In this document: in pieces, positions 8,103 through 17,301 of the stretch
Numbering within the stretch: the stretch's first letter is position 1
How the letters are laid out: every line of letters starts with the position of its first letter
Source of the DNA: Minisyncoccota bacterium
GTDB taxonomy: Bacteria > Patescibacteriota > Minisyncoccia > Phycocordibacterales > DSPV01
Reading direction: 5' to 3'
Length of the DNA: 53,869 bases
Assembly: GCA_041662545.1 (NCBI GenBank)
Contig: JBAZSH010000005.1
Coordinates: 1 to 53,869 of the forward strand
The notes under the pieces: model-generated
Seen by the model: only the letters and a program-made list of their open reading frames with translations
Databases searched by the model: none
Told to the model about the DNA's origin: nothing
Translations under genes and position numbers: made by a program

Positions 8103-8136
8103 AAAAATCCCCCCGCTAAGCGGGGGAATTTTTATA
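8103..8136. terminator. Bidirectional rho-independent terminator (small ORF / tyrS)
   Basis: CCCCCGC (8110-8116) / GCGGGGG (8120-8126) stem flanked by an A-run and a T-run. It abuts the tyrS stop at 8132-8134. Confidence 0.8.
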
Positions 8137-9331
8137 TTTTAATTTTTAGAAATCTGAGTGGGCCAATGCGAATTATGAGATTGCTGGTGATTTTAAAAAA
8201 TGGGTCGGTAATTTTTTCTTTGGTTTCGGCATTGGACACTGCCCCTTCGACAATCAACCGACGAAAATCTGATTTAGAAGAAACCAATTTTTCTCGCGAA
8301 ACAATGTCTATCAAAAGCTCCCCCATTTCGGCTTTCGCCTCTTTAACTTCACCCATTCTAGATTTATCAGAAAAAACAGCCAGAAAATTTTTCTTCGCCT
8401 CGCGCGCCTTTTTTTGGCTATGATAAATAGCTGTAATCTCTTCAGCTAAAATAAATTTAGCGTCACGAGGATTCATTCCACCATCAAGTTTTGATTTAAT
8501 TTCTTGAATTTTTTCCATCGGCAACCTTGTACAAAGCTCAAACCCGGACAAAATTAGACCGTCGGCCCAACTCATGACTTTACCAAACATTTGATTGGCA
8601 TCCTCATCAAGCGCCACCATATTACCCTCGGTCTTGCCCATTTTTTTGCCGGAAGCGTCCACCAACAACTTCGTACAAACAACAAACTTTTCTTTGTTTT
8701 TTAATTTCTTCATCAAATCGCGACCAACGAGCATATTGAAAGTTTGGTCACTTCCTCCAATTTCACCATCAACATCCAATGCCACCGAGTCGTAACCCTG
8801 CATCATTGGATACATAAACTCATGTAAATAAAGATCTTTACCCTCGGCGATTCTTTTTTGGAACATATCGCGCTTAATCGTCTGAGCATAAGTCATATTT
8901 GAATAAACTTTAAAAGTGTCGGCCAAAGTCATCCTTGCGAGCCATTTGGAATTATAACGAAGCTTGGCTGGATTTTCTCCGCTAAATTTGATAATTTTTG
9001 ACGCCTGTTTTTTATATAATTTAGAATTTTCCAAAACCTCTTCTCGGGTCAAAGGCACGCGCGCCGCCGTTTTGTCCGTCGGGTCGCCAATGGTAGCTGT
9101 CATATCACCAATAAGAAAAATTATTTGATGGCCTAGTTGCTGAAACTGGGCAAGCTTAAATAAAGGGACGGAATGCCCAACATGCAAGGTTGGTCCAGTG
9201 GGGTCAACGCCGTGATAAATTGTCAGCTTTTCCCCGCTTTTCAACTTACTCTCCAAAAATTCTTTGGATGGATAAATCGCCACCACTCCACGCGTCAAAA
9301 GTTCGTTAATTGATTTTTCTAAATCAGCCAT
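8132..9331 (-). CDS. tyrS: Tyrosine--tRNA ligase
   Basis: HIGH-type motif (TLHVGH), KMSKS-type motif (KMGKT), C-terminal S4-like domain. 399 aa. Confidence 0.95.
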   Translation of the reverse strand: MADLEKSINELLTRGVVAIYPSKEFLESKLKSGEKLTIYHGVDPTGPTLHVGHSVPLFKLAQFQQLGHQIIFLIGDMTATIGDPTDKTAARVPLTREEVLENSKLYKKQASKIIKFSGENPAKLRYNSKWLARMTLADTFKVYSNMTYAQTIKRDMFQKRIAEGKDLYLHEFMYPMMQGYDSVALDVDGEIGGSDQTFNMLVGRDLMKKLKNKEKFVVCTKLLVDASGKKMGKTEGNMVALDEDANQMFGKVMSWADGLILSGFELCTRLPMEKIQEIKSKLDGGMNPRDAKFILAEEITAIYHSQKKAREAKKNFLAVFSDKSRMGEVKEAKAEMGELLIDIVSREKLVSSKSDFRRLIVEGAVSNAETKEKITDPFFKITSNLIIRIGPLRFLKIKI

Positions 9332-9374
9332 TTTTTATACTTAATTTTGTAAAGATTTTTCATCGCCTGTAATT

Positions 9375-9785
9375 CTAACTAGCAAGATTTGCAATTATTC
9401 CAACCAGAAACAAAATTCCAAAAGGAATTAGTAACACCGCAAGAGTAATCTTGAAAGCCTTGCTGGCCTTTTTAGATTCAGATTTTATACCACCGTCTTT
9501 TTCAAGTTTCTTAATTTTTCGATTAAGGACAATCGCCGGTATAAATAAAACAATCCACGACACCAGATACAAACCGATAATAGTAGAGACCAAATCTTGA
9601 CTAAAGAACAAGCTTAAGAGTGGATATAAAATAAGAGTGGCGACAAAAGGTATCCCAACTGATTTTAAAATAGTATCAAGCAAAACAACAACACCCAATG
9701 TTGCGAATATTTTATACTGCAATTTATAGCTTCTTAATTTATCTTGTGTGGTACTATTGGACGGAAAATTATTTTGCGGGTCCAT
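9375..9785 (-). CDS. Hypothetical integral membrane protein (about 4 TM)
   Basis: Hydrophobic segments throughout. 136 aa. No family recognised. Confidence 0.55.
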   Translation of the reverse strand: MDPQNNFPSNSTTQDKLRSYKLQYKIFATLGVVVLLDTILKSVGIPFVATLILYPLLSLFFSQDLVSTIIGLYLVSWIVLFIPAIVLNRKIKKLEKDGGIKSESKKASKAFKITLAVLLIPFGILFLVGIIANLAS

Positions 9786-9803
9786 ATTTTTATTAATTAG
9801 CTA

Positions 9804-10061
9804 TTAATATAATTCATCATGTGTGCCAATATCAGTGTACAAAACAATGTCATTCTTCAAGAAAGAAAAAAAAATCCGATACCTGTAATTCACCGAGTAA
9901 GCCCATTCAGCCCCATGTTTACCGTGCAACTTATGTGTTTCTAAACTTGGATGAAATGGGTTCTGTCTAAAAATCTCGTTCTTGAACTTAGCTTTTTTTT
10001 GAATATCGAGGGGTAATTTCTGGAAATGTTTCTTAAAAAGAGGTGCTGTAAAAATTGTCAT
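9804..10061 (-). CDS. RelE/ParE (YafQ-like) type II toxin
   Basis: 85 aa. HKLHGKHGAEW...YRYRIFF...IVLYTDIGTHDELY pattern typical of the RelE/ParE superfamily. Paired with a small upstream ORF. Confidence 0.7.
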   Translation of the reverse strand: MTIFTAPLFKKHFQKLPLDIQKKAKFKNEIFRQNPFHPSLETHKLHGKHGAEWAYSVNYRYRIFFSFLKNDIVLYTDIGTHDELY

Positions 10062-10066
10062 ATTTT

Positions 10067-10282
10067 CTACATAAGTTCAGACAACGACTCAATTTTTTGG
10101 CACTTACCCATTCGATAAGCGCGCAAACTAGAGGCAACTCTCTTATCAAGACGCTTCGCCGCTCGACCAGTCAAAAAATAAACCGGGATTTGATTGGCCC
10201 GCAGTTCCTCATAATGCTTTCGTGGGACAATCACCAAATCGTCGTTTTGGAATATGCTTTTAGGAATAGTCATTGTGGTCAT
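10067..10282 (-). CDS. Putative cognate antitoxin
   Basis: 71 aa ORF 5 nt upstream of the toxin. Position and size only; family not recognised. Confidence 0.5.
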   Translation of the reverse strand: MTTMTIPKSIFQNDDLVIVPRKHYEELRANQIPVYFLTGRAAKRLDKRVASSLRAYRMGKCQKIESLSELM

Positions 10283-10289
10283 AGAGAAA

Positions 10290-10322
10290 ACTTTAACATA
10301 ATAAAAAAAAATATGCTAATAT
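10290..10322. promoter_or_regulatory. Back-to-back extended -10 elements for the antitoxin (minus) and the PBP (plus)
   Basis: Minus strand: TGTTAAAGT (10290-10298)-N7-ATG. Plus strand: TGCTAATAT (10314-10322)-N8-ATG. Neither has a Shine-Dalgarno. Confidence 0.45.
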
Positions 10323-10330
10323 AAAAAGTA

Positions 10331-12835
10331 ATGAAAAAACAGCGCTGGACAAAAAAACATATCGGGAAAGCGGCGGCGCTCGCCGCCGGCTTATTTTTGT
10401 TAAGTAGTGGTGCGATTCTGTTGTGGCTTGGTAATATGGAAATCCCCAATTTAGACACCATCGGCGAGCGCCGCGTCAGCCAATCAACTAAAATCTTTGA
10501 CCGCACTGGCGAAATCTTGCTTTATGATGTCCACAAAGATGTTCGCCGAACCATCGTACCTTTTGACCAAATTTCGCGAAATATAAAAAATGCCACAGTG
10601 GCAATTGAAGACGCTAATTTTTATCAACACAACGGTCTTGAACCGAAAGCGATCCTACGTGCGATTTTCGCCAATCTCGTTGATTTTGGTTACAGTCAAG
10701 GTGGCTCCACCATCACTCAACAGGTAGTAAAAAACTCCATTTTAACCAATGACAAAACTATCACCCGCAAACTTAAAGAGTGGGTCTTGGCACTAAAGCT
10801 TGAGAAAAAAATGAGTAAAGAAGAAATTCTGTCTCTTTATCTTAACGAAATTCCTTACGGTGGCAGTATTTATGGTGTTGAAGAGGCCAGCCAAAACTTC
10901 TTCGGAAAGAAGGCCTCCGACCTTTCCGTCGCCGAAGCCGCTTACCTCGCCTCCCTGCCCCAAGCACCGTCATACTATTCACCTTACGGTATCCATAAAG
11001 ATAAATTAGAGGAGCGGAAAAATTTCGCACTGGAAAGAATGCTGGCGGAACACTTCATCAACCAAGAAGAATACGAAACGGCAAAAACAGAGGTGGTAAA
11101 CTGGCCGCCACCCAGCGATGTTGGTATCAGAGCGCCACATTTTGTAATGTTTATAAAGAACTATTTGGAAAATAAATACGGTGAAGAAAAAGTGCGAGAC
11201 AGTGGTTTTAAAGTAACAACTACTCTAGATTATGAATTGCAGGCCAAGGCCGAAGAGATTGTAAAAAAATGGGCTCTGCAAAACGAGGTTAAATATAATG
11301 CCGAGAATGCGTCATTGGTAGCCATTGACCCCAAGACCGGCCAAATTTTAACAATGGTCGGCTCCCGTGATTATTTTGACAAAGAAATTGACGGCAATTT
11401 CAATGTGGCACTAGCCCATCGCCAACCCGGTTCGGCCTTCAAACCAATTGTCTACGCCACCGCCTTTGAAAAAGGCTACACACCAGAGACGGTAGTTTTT
11501 GATCTGCAAACGGAGTTCTCAACTTACTGCAGTCCTGACGGCACACCGATTGTTACCGGCGACGAAGATAAATGCTATATGCCAGAAAATTACGACCACA
11601 TTTATCGTGGACCAGTTGATTTGCGTCACGCCTTAGCCCAGTCCATCAACATTCCCGCCATTAAAACTTTGTATCTCGCTGGTTTGAAAGATTCACTCCG
11701 CACCGCCAAGGATTTGGGTATTGAAAGTCTAACCAACACTAATCAGTACGGCTTAACTCTAGTTTTGGGTGGTGGTGAGGTGTCATTGACGGACCTGACT
11801 AGTGTTTACGCTACCTTCGCCAACAACGGTATTCGCAATCCTTATGTGGGTATTTTGAAAGTGGAAGATGAAAGTGGAAAAATTTTAGAAGAATTCCAAC
11901 CAAAACCATCGGTGGTTCTACCAGAAAATATTGCCTTAACGATTTCCGATATTCTTTCCGACGAACCAGCGCGTCAACCGGCATTCGGTGTTCATTCTTT
12001 CCTTTACGTTGGTGAAGGTAATGTGGCAGCAAAAACTGGCACCACCAATGATTATCGCGACGCTTGGATTTTGGGTTATACACCGTCGTTAGCGGTCGGT
12101 GCCTGGGCCGGTAACAATGACAACAGCCCAATGGAAAAAAAGATTGCTGGCTTTATTATTGCGCCACTCTGGCACGAATTCATGACTGAAGCGCTAAAAA
12201 CTTACCCCGAAGAAAAATTCAAAAAACCAACCACCGTTGATGACACCAATCTCAAACCGATTTTGCGTGGTCTTTGGCAAGGTAATCAATCTTATTTCAT
12301 TGACAATTTGTCAGGCAAACTAGCCACCCAATATACCCCGACAGAAACCAAAACAGAAAAAGTGATTCAGCAAGTTCACTCCATTCTTTATTGGGTAGAC
12401 AAAAACAATCCTTTGGGTGCAGCGCCCGCTAATCCAACCAGTGACTCGCAGTTCAATTCTTGGGAATACGCGGTGAGAAAGTGGGCAATGGAAAAAAACT
12501 TAGCGGATGAAAATCAAAGTGTTATTCCAATTGCTACTGACGATATACATCTACCAAGCCGGATGCCAATTTTACAAATTCAGAGCTTAAAAGATTCTTA
12601 CAATAAGAACGAAACCTTAAGTGTTGTTATCACAAGTGTTGGTATTTACCCTCTACGCAAAATAGATTTATTTTTGAATGGTCGCTATGTTAGCTCAGCT
12701 ACTAGGTCGCCATTTTTATTCAATGTCAAACTTTCCGATTTCGGCGAAAACGGCGACAATAAAATTGAAGTCATCGGTTCCGACGCTGTTTATAACAAAG
12801 TCACAACCAATACGAGTTTTAGGATTAATGAGTAG
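10331..12835 (+). CDS. Class A penicillin-binding protein (transglycosylase/transpeptidase, PBP1A-like)
   Basis: GT51 motifs (EDANFYQHNG, GGSTITQQ), transpeptidase SAFK, KTGTT. N-terminal TM. 834 aa. Confidence 0.92.
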   Translation: MKKQRWTKKHIGKAAALAAGLFLLSSGAILLWLGNMEIPNLDTIGERRVSQSTKIFDRTGEILLYDVHKDVRRTIVPFDQISRNIKNATVAIEDANFYQHNGLEPKAILRAIFANLVDFGYSQGGSTITQQVVKNSILTNDKTITRKLKEWVLALKLEKKMSKEEILSLYLNEIPYGGSIYGVEEASQNFFGKKASDLSVAEAAYLASLPQAPSYYSPYGIHKDKLEERKNFALERMLAEHFINQEEYETAKTEVVNWPPPSDVGIRAPHFVMFIKNYLENKYGEEKVRDSGFKVTTTLDYELQAKAEEIVKKWALQNEVKYNAENASLVAIDPKTGQILTMVGSRDYFDKEIDGNFNVALAHRQPGSAFKPIVYATAFEKGYTPETVVFDLQTEFSTYCSPDGTPIVTGDEDKCYMPENYDHIYRGPVDLRHALAQSINIPAIKTLYLAGLKDSLRTAKDLGIESLTNTNQYGLTLVLGGGEVSLTDLTSVYATFANNGIRNPYVGILKVEDESGKILEEFQPKPSVVLPENIALTISDILSDEPARQPAFGVHSFLYVGEGNVAAKTGTTNDYRDAWILGYTPSLAVGAWAGNNDNSPMEKKIAGFIIAPLWHEFMTEALKTYPEEKFKKPTTVDDTNLKPILRGLWQGNQSYFIDNLSGKLATQYTPTETKTEKVIQQVHSILYWVDKNNPLGAAPANPTSDSQFNSWEYAVRKWAMEKNLADENQSVIPIATDDIHLPSRMPILQIQSLKDSYNKNETLSVVITSVGIYPLRKIDLFLNGRYVSSATRSPFLFNVKLSDFGENGDNKIEVIGSDAVYNKVTTNTSFRINE

Positions 12836-12850
12836 TAAAAATTTTTAGTT

Positions 12851-13948
12851 TTACTTATTCATCGGCATTACGAGGTAAGTGAAAGATTTCTCACTAACAC
12901 CATTTAGTACCACCGGCCGGCTTAAACCATTAAATCCCAGAAAAACACTATCAGAATTGATGGAAGAAAAAGCTTCAGAAAGATAACGATAGTTAAAATT
13001 AATATCAATATCCTCACCTTTAATCGCCGCTTTCAAATTGTTCACATTTTCACCAACATTATTGTTTTTGGTTTTTAATTCCAGTAAATTCTTTTTGGGT
13101 AAACAGTGAACATTAATTTGATTGAAATTGTCAGAGAAAATATTAGCTAATTTCAAGGAGTTGATTAAGTCTTGTTTAAGTAAAGTTATTTCAGTTTTGA
13201 ATTCTTTGGGCACAATCTGTTTGTAATCAGGAAAAACACCATCTACTAAACGCGATACCAAATACAAGCCTTCAACAGAAATCGACAGTTGATTTTTAGA
13301 AATATTAATCTCCAATTCTTCGGTCACCCCATCTAAAACTTTAATAATTTCCTGAATGTTTTTATTGGGAATGAGTATTGATGAAAAATTACCATGTTTT
13401 TTGATTTTAATTCTCTTTTCTGCCAACCTAAAAGAATCTGTCGCAACAAAAATTAAATCGTCACCTTGCTCGTAAATATAAACACTAGATAACTCCGGTT
13501 TAATAGTTGAAGTGGATGCACTATAGTAAACAGCCGATAAGCCTTTCAAAAAATCACTGGGATTAAGTTTAAGAGAAAATTCTTTGGTTGGCTGAGGAAT
13601 ATTGGGAAAATCACTATGGTTATAAACCTTAATAGTTGTTTTATTTCTATCAGTGGTAATAGTTAAATTATTTTCATCCGCTTCCAATAAAACAGTTCGA
13701 TCGTTAATACTCTCTATAAAACTTGCCACCACATTAGCTGGTACCGCCACCATTCCCTCTTTTATAACTTTAGTTGGAATCGCTACTTCCACACCAAAAT
13801 CAAGGTTAGTAGCTTTAATTTTTAACGAACCTTTTTTAGCTTCAAAAAGAACACAAGCTAAAATTGGTAAAGTAAGATTCTTACCAGCCACTCGAACAAT
13901 TTTATTTAATCCCCAGGATAACTTTTCTTTAATACATTCTATTTTCAT
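12851..13948 (-). CDS. dnaN: DNA polymerase III beta sliding clamp
   Basis: 365 aa, three-domain clamp-like sequence immediately downstream of dnaA. Ends LVMPM-type. Confidence 0.9.
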   Translation of the reverse strand: MKIECIKEKLSWGLNKIVRVAGKNLTLPILACVLFEAKKGSLKIKATNLDFGVEVAIPTKVIKEGMVAVPANVVASFIESINDRTVLLEADENNLTITTDRNKTTIKVYNHSDFPNIPQPTKEFSLKLNPSDFLKGLSAVYYSASTSTIKPELSSVYIYEQGDDLIFVATDSFRLAEKRIKIKKHGNFSSILIPNKNIQEIIKVLDGVTEELEINISKNQLSISVEGLYLVSRLVDGVFPDYKQIVPKEFKTEITLLKQDLINSLKLANIFSDNFNQINVHCLPKKNLLELKTKNNNVGENVNNLKAAIKGEDIDINFNYRYLSEAFSSINSDSVFLGFNGLSRPVVLNGVSEKSFTYLVMPMNK

Positions 13949-14175
13949 ATAATTAAGATACTACTAATATTAGTACTGTTGATAAGTGGAAAACTTAAAA
14001 AACCTTTATTCATAAACCTTAAATCAAATTAATAATTTTAACAATCTCTGGGTAAAAAATGATAAGTTTTTTAAATTATAATAAATTTTTCTTTTACTGT
14101 GGAAAACTGATTTTTTACTAACAACTTTTAAACAAAATTTACACAGTCTTATCACATACTTATCAACAAGTTTTC
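13949..14175. other. Candidate oriC segment (dnaA-dnaN intergenic, very AT-rich, DnaA-box-like 9-mers)
   Basis: TTTTCCACA (revcomp of 14098-14106), TTATCAACA (14160-14168), TTTTCCACT (revcomp of 13985-13993). Classical location for an origin. Confidence 0.55.
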
Positions 14176-15516
14176 CTAAAACATTGCTCTAATCTGAGCA
14201 ACTTCCTGGGCTAAAACAGTGTCGTTTTTCATATCCTCCTCCACCTTTTCACAGGAATGTATAACAGTGGTGTGATCTCGACCCCCCATTTTTTCACCAA
14301 TTGATGGGAAGGAAATGTTGAAATCTTTTCTTAAAACATACATCACAATCTGGCGAGGTCTAACTATTTCTTTCCGGCGAGTTTTTTCATAGATTGAGGA
14401 TTCTTCTATGTTGTAGAAATTAGCGATAGTCTTGATCACATCTTTGGGGGCAATGGATTTTTTTGGTTTGTCGGTATTTTTAATTAGATTTTTTACTTCC
14501 ACCAAAGAAAGGTCCTTGTTTTTAAATTGGGATTGGCAAACAATCACATTTAAAGCACCCTCCAACTCTCTAATGCTACCCGACACCGAGTCAGCTAAGT
14601 ATTCAACAATCTCGTCAGCCAAGAAGAAATTATTTTGCTGGGCCTTAGATCGCAAAATTGATAAACGCGACTCATGATCTGGTGTTGGTATATCAATGAT
14701 CATACCCGAAACACAGCGTGATTTGAGCCGATCTTCTAGGTTAGGAATGTAATTAGGGTGTTTATCAGAAGAGAAAATAATTTGACGATTACTATCATAC
14801 AAATTGTTAAATAAATGGAAAAGTTCCTCCTGGGTTCGTTCGGTGTTTGAGAAAAATTGAATGTCATCCATTATCAACACATCATATTTGCGATATTTTT
14901 CTTTAAACTCATTCATTTTTTGATGCTGAACAGAGTTGATGTAATCAACAGTAAATCTTTCCGAAGTAACATAAAATACTCTCTTTTCTGGGGAATTGAT
15001 TTTGATTTGATTACCAACAGCTTGAATCAAATGAGTCTTGCCGTGGCCACTGCCGCCATAGATAAATAACGGATTGTAAGAAAGAGGTTTCTTGATTACT
15101 GATTGGGAGGCGGCATGAGCTAGTTCGTTGAAAGAACCGACAATAAAAGTATCAAAAGTGTAACGCGGGTTTAAATTATCTTCCTTATTGATGTAATGTT
15201 CTTTAAGTGGCAGTTCAATGGTTGGTGCCAACGAGAACTTTTCAGTTCCGACGGTCTTCCTACGCAGTTCTTTTTCGGAAACAACATATTCTACTGCCCT
15301 AACAAAATCGGCAAGACCACGTAATGTTTTCAAGATAGTTTTATGATATTTTTGCACTAACCAATCTTTGACAAAAGTATTAGGTACGCTTAAATAAACT
15401 ATCCCATCTTGTAGATTGGCGATGTTGGTGTTTTTGAACCAGGTGTTGAAAGTGGCACCAGATACACCCAATTCAATTTCAGCTAAAGCGCTGTCCCAAA
15501 GTTTTTTATTATCCAT
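14176..15516 (-). CDS. dnaA: Chromosomal replication initiator DnaA
   Basis: Walker A GGSGHGKTHL, AAA+ core, C-terminal DNA-binding region (GGRDHTTVIH). 446 aa. Confidence 0.97.
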   Translation of the reverse strand: MDNKKLWDSALAEIELGVSGATFNTWFKNTNIANLQDGIVYLSVPNTFVKDWLVQKYHKTILKTLRGLADFVRAVEYVVSEKELRRKTVGTEKFSLAPTIELPLKEHYINKEDNLNPRYTFDTFIVGSFNELAHAASQSVIKKPLSYNPLFIYGGSGHGKTHLIQAVGNQIKINSPEKRVFYVTSERFTVDYINSVQHQKMNEFKEKYRKYDVLIMDDIQFFSNTERTQEELFHLFNNLYDSNRQIIFSSDKHPNYIPNLEDRLKSRCVSGMIIDIPTPDHESRLSILRSKAQQNNFFLADEIVEYLADSVSGSIRELEGALNVIVCQSQFKNKDLSLVEVKNLIKNTDKPKKSIAPKDVIKTIANFYNIEESSIYEKTRRKEIVRPRQIVMYVLRKDFNISFPSIGEKMGGRDHTTVIHSCEKVEEDMKNDTVLAQEVAQIRAMF

Positions 15517-15602
15517 CAGAGTTATTATACTAGTGTTCTCATTATACGAAACTTGTGAATAAACCTTAAATATGTTAGTAATATGTGTATAACTTGTTAA
15601 TC
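15517..15602. promoter_or_regulatory. dnaA/rpmH divergent control region with DnaA-box-like sites
   Basis: Minus strand: TATAAT (15524-15529)-N7-ATG of dnaA. Boxes: TTATTCACA (revcomp of 15554-15562) and TTATACACA (revcomp of 15584-15592). Confidence 0.5.
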
Positions 15603-15743
15603 ATGTCTTTTACTTACCATCCAAAAAAACGAAAACGCGCCAAGACCCACGGCTTCCTTTCCCGCCAAAAGACCTACGGTGGTCGCCGGGCGATTCGTGA
15701 GCGCCGCCGCAAGGGCCGGAAAAAACTCTCGGTGTCGGGTTAG
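15603..15743 (+). CDS. rpmH: 50S ribosomal protein L34
   Basis: Hand translation [46 protein letters not shown]. 46 aa, ends at TAG. Below the ORF-track cutoff. Confidence 0.9.
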   Translation: MSFTYHPKKRKRAKTHGFLSRQKTYGGRRAIRERRRKGRKKLSVSG

Positions 15744-15748
15744 TTTTT

Positions 15749-16138
15749 ATGTTGCCCAAAAAACAAAGAGTTTCTAGAAAATTATTTGAAGCCGTTTTCC
15801 GTTCGGCCGCTACTGTTAGTTCGCCATTTTTTGTGTTGAAAGTGAAAAAAGCTCAAGTAAGTAAATTTGCCTTTTCGGTGTCGGCAAAGATTTGCCCAAA
15901 AGCAGTAGACAGAAACAAACTGCGCCGCCGCGGTTACGCGGCGGCGCGGAATCTTTTGCTGCAAATTAAAACACCAACAATTTGTCTTTTCATTATCAAA
16001 AAAGGCGCCGAAAAATTAACATTCCAAAAACTTCAAGAAGAAATAAAAAATATTTTACAGAAAGCAGGTATTTTAAATCTGGTTCACGCTTTCCACATAC
16101 TTGATGACCACTTTCCTGTCCCGCCCAAAGCCAGTTGA
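15749..16138 (+). CDS. rnpA: RNase P protein component
   Basis: 129 aa basic protein directly after rpmH. The C-terminal roughly 20 aa look like read-on into the convergent jag gene. Confidence 0.8.
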   Translation: MLPKKQRVSRKLFEAVFRSAATVSSPFFVLKVKKAQVSKFAFSVSAKICPKAVDRNKLRRRGYAAARNLLLQIKTPTICLFIIKKGAEKLTFQKLQEEIKNILQKAGILNLVHAFHILDDHFPVPPKAS

Positions 16139-16552
16139 TTCAGTTTTAATGTCGGTAAACGCTTCCAGTGCCGAATGGATAATCATCCGCTCGTAGGGCG
16201 TCATCGGTTCCAGCTCCATATTAGTTTTAAAAGACCGTGCCCGTTCCGCCATAATTTTAGCTCTCATTTGTAGTTCCTTAATATTATTTTCAAAATAACC
16301 ATTGATATCTATAAAAAATTTTACTGGTGAAATTTCCATCCCCACTTTTTTACCTACCAACCGTCGCGCCACCATAGTAAGGGCGCCCAAGTGTTCACCC
16401 CGAGTGCCGATTAAAACATTAGAATCATTACTTTTTACCATAAACCGCGGATGATCATCTTTGGAATCGGGTGCCAACTCCACGCTTTCCCAATGCATAT
16501 CCATTTTTCCCAATAATTCTTTGATGGTTTGGATGATGATTTCATTGTTCAT
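16073..16552 (-). CDS. jag: Jag/KhpB-like RNA-binding protein (KH plus R3H)
   Basis: LIGTRGEHLGAL (KH-like), YERMIIHSAL...GRDRKVVI (R3H). 4-nt overlap with yidC. Confidence 0.85.
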   Translation of the reverse strand: MNNEIIIQTIKELLGKMDMHWESVELAPDSKDDHPRFMVKSNDSNVLIGTRGEHLGALTMVARRLVGKKVGMEISPVKFFIDINGYFENNIKELQMRAKIMAERARSFKTNMELEPMTPYERMIIHSALEAFTDIKTESTGFGRDRKVVIKYVESVNQI

Positions 16553-17280
16553 AGTTTTTGTTGGCCGCTTTTTAATTGTTTGCGGATAACCAATTCTTGA
16601 CCGATGGCGAAGATATTACTCGTTGTCCAGTATAAAGCAATGGCGCCGGAAATACTGTAAGCGATAAAAAATACGACGACCGGAAAAATGTAGCGCATCT
16701 GCAAACCCATACTTCGTGCCAGATCGGCCTTGAAATCAGGTTTGTCACCACGCGGTTTAATTGGCGGCATCGCCAGTTTAGCTTGGAAAAATTGCGAGAT
16801 ACCAGCGAAAATCGCCAACAAAGCGCTTTTTTGGGAAATATCTATAAGTCCCAAAAAAAGCATATTAACTTTTTCCGGTACCGGCACAAAAGAGTAAAGC
16901 CACTCGGTATTAATAACCGGCAGACCGCCCCTGAAAAAAACATAGTATAGTCCAAAAATGATAGGAATTTGTATCAAAATTACCACAAAACTGGAAAAAG
17001 GATTGACTTGATGTTTCTTGTAAAGAGCCATTGTTTGCCGGGCTAACTCTTCTTTGTTGTTTTTAAATTGCTCTTTGATTTTAGCGGTTTCTGGTTCAAT
17101 GGCTTTCATTGCCATTTGGGTTTTAACTGCTTTTTTGGATAGCGGGAACATCAAAAATTTGATGATGCAGGTTAAAACTATAACTGCAATACCAACATCA
17201 GCGAGGGGTGTGATATCAATCAAAAAAACTAAGCCGTTATAAATCGGCTCAAAAACAACAGAATGGAAAAAACTTGCCAT
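16549..17280 (-). CDS. yidC: Membrane protein insertase YidC (short form)
   Basis: 243 aa with the five-TM YidC/Oxa1 core pattern. Followed by jag, as is usual. Confidence 0.88.
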   Translation of the reverse strand: MASFFHSVVFEPIYNGLVFLIDITPLADVGIAVIVLTCIIKFLMFPLSKKAVKTQMAMKAIEPETAKIKEQFKNNKEELARQTMALYKKHQVNPFSSFVVILIQIPIIFGLYYVFFRGGLPVINTEWLYSFVPVPEKVNMLFLGLIDISQKSALLAIFAGISQFFQAKLAMPPIKPRGDKPDFKADLARSMGLQMRYIFPVVVFFIAYSISGAIALYWTTSNIFAIGQELVIRKQLKSGQQKL

Positions 17281-17301
17281 TCGTCCATTCTAGCTTAAAA
17301 T

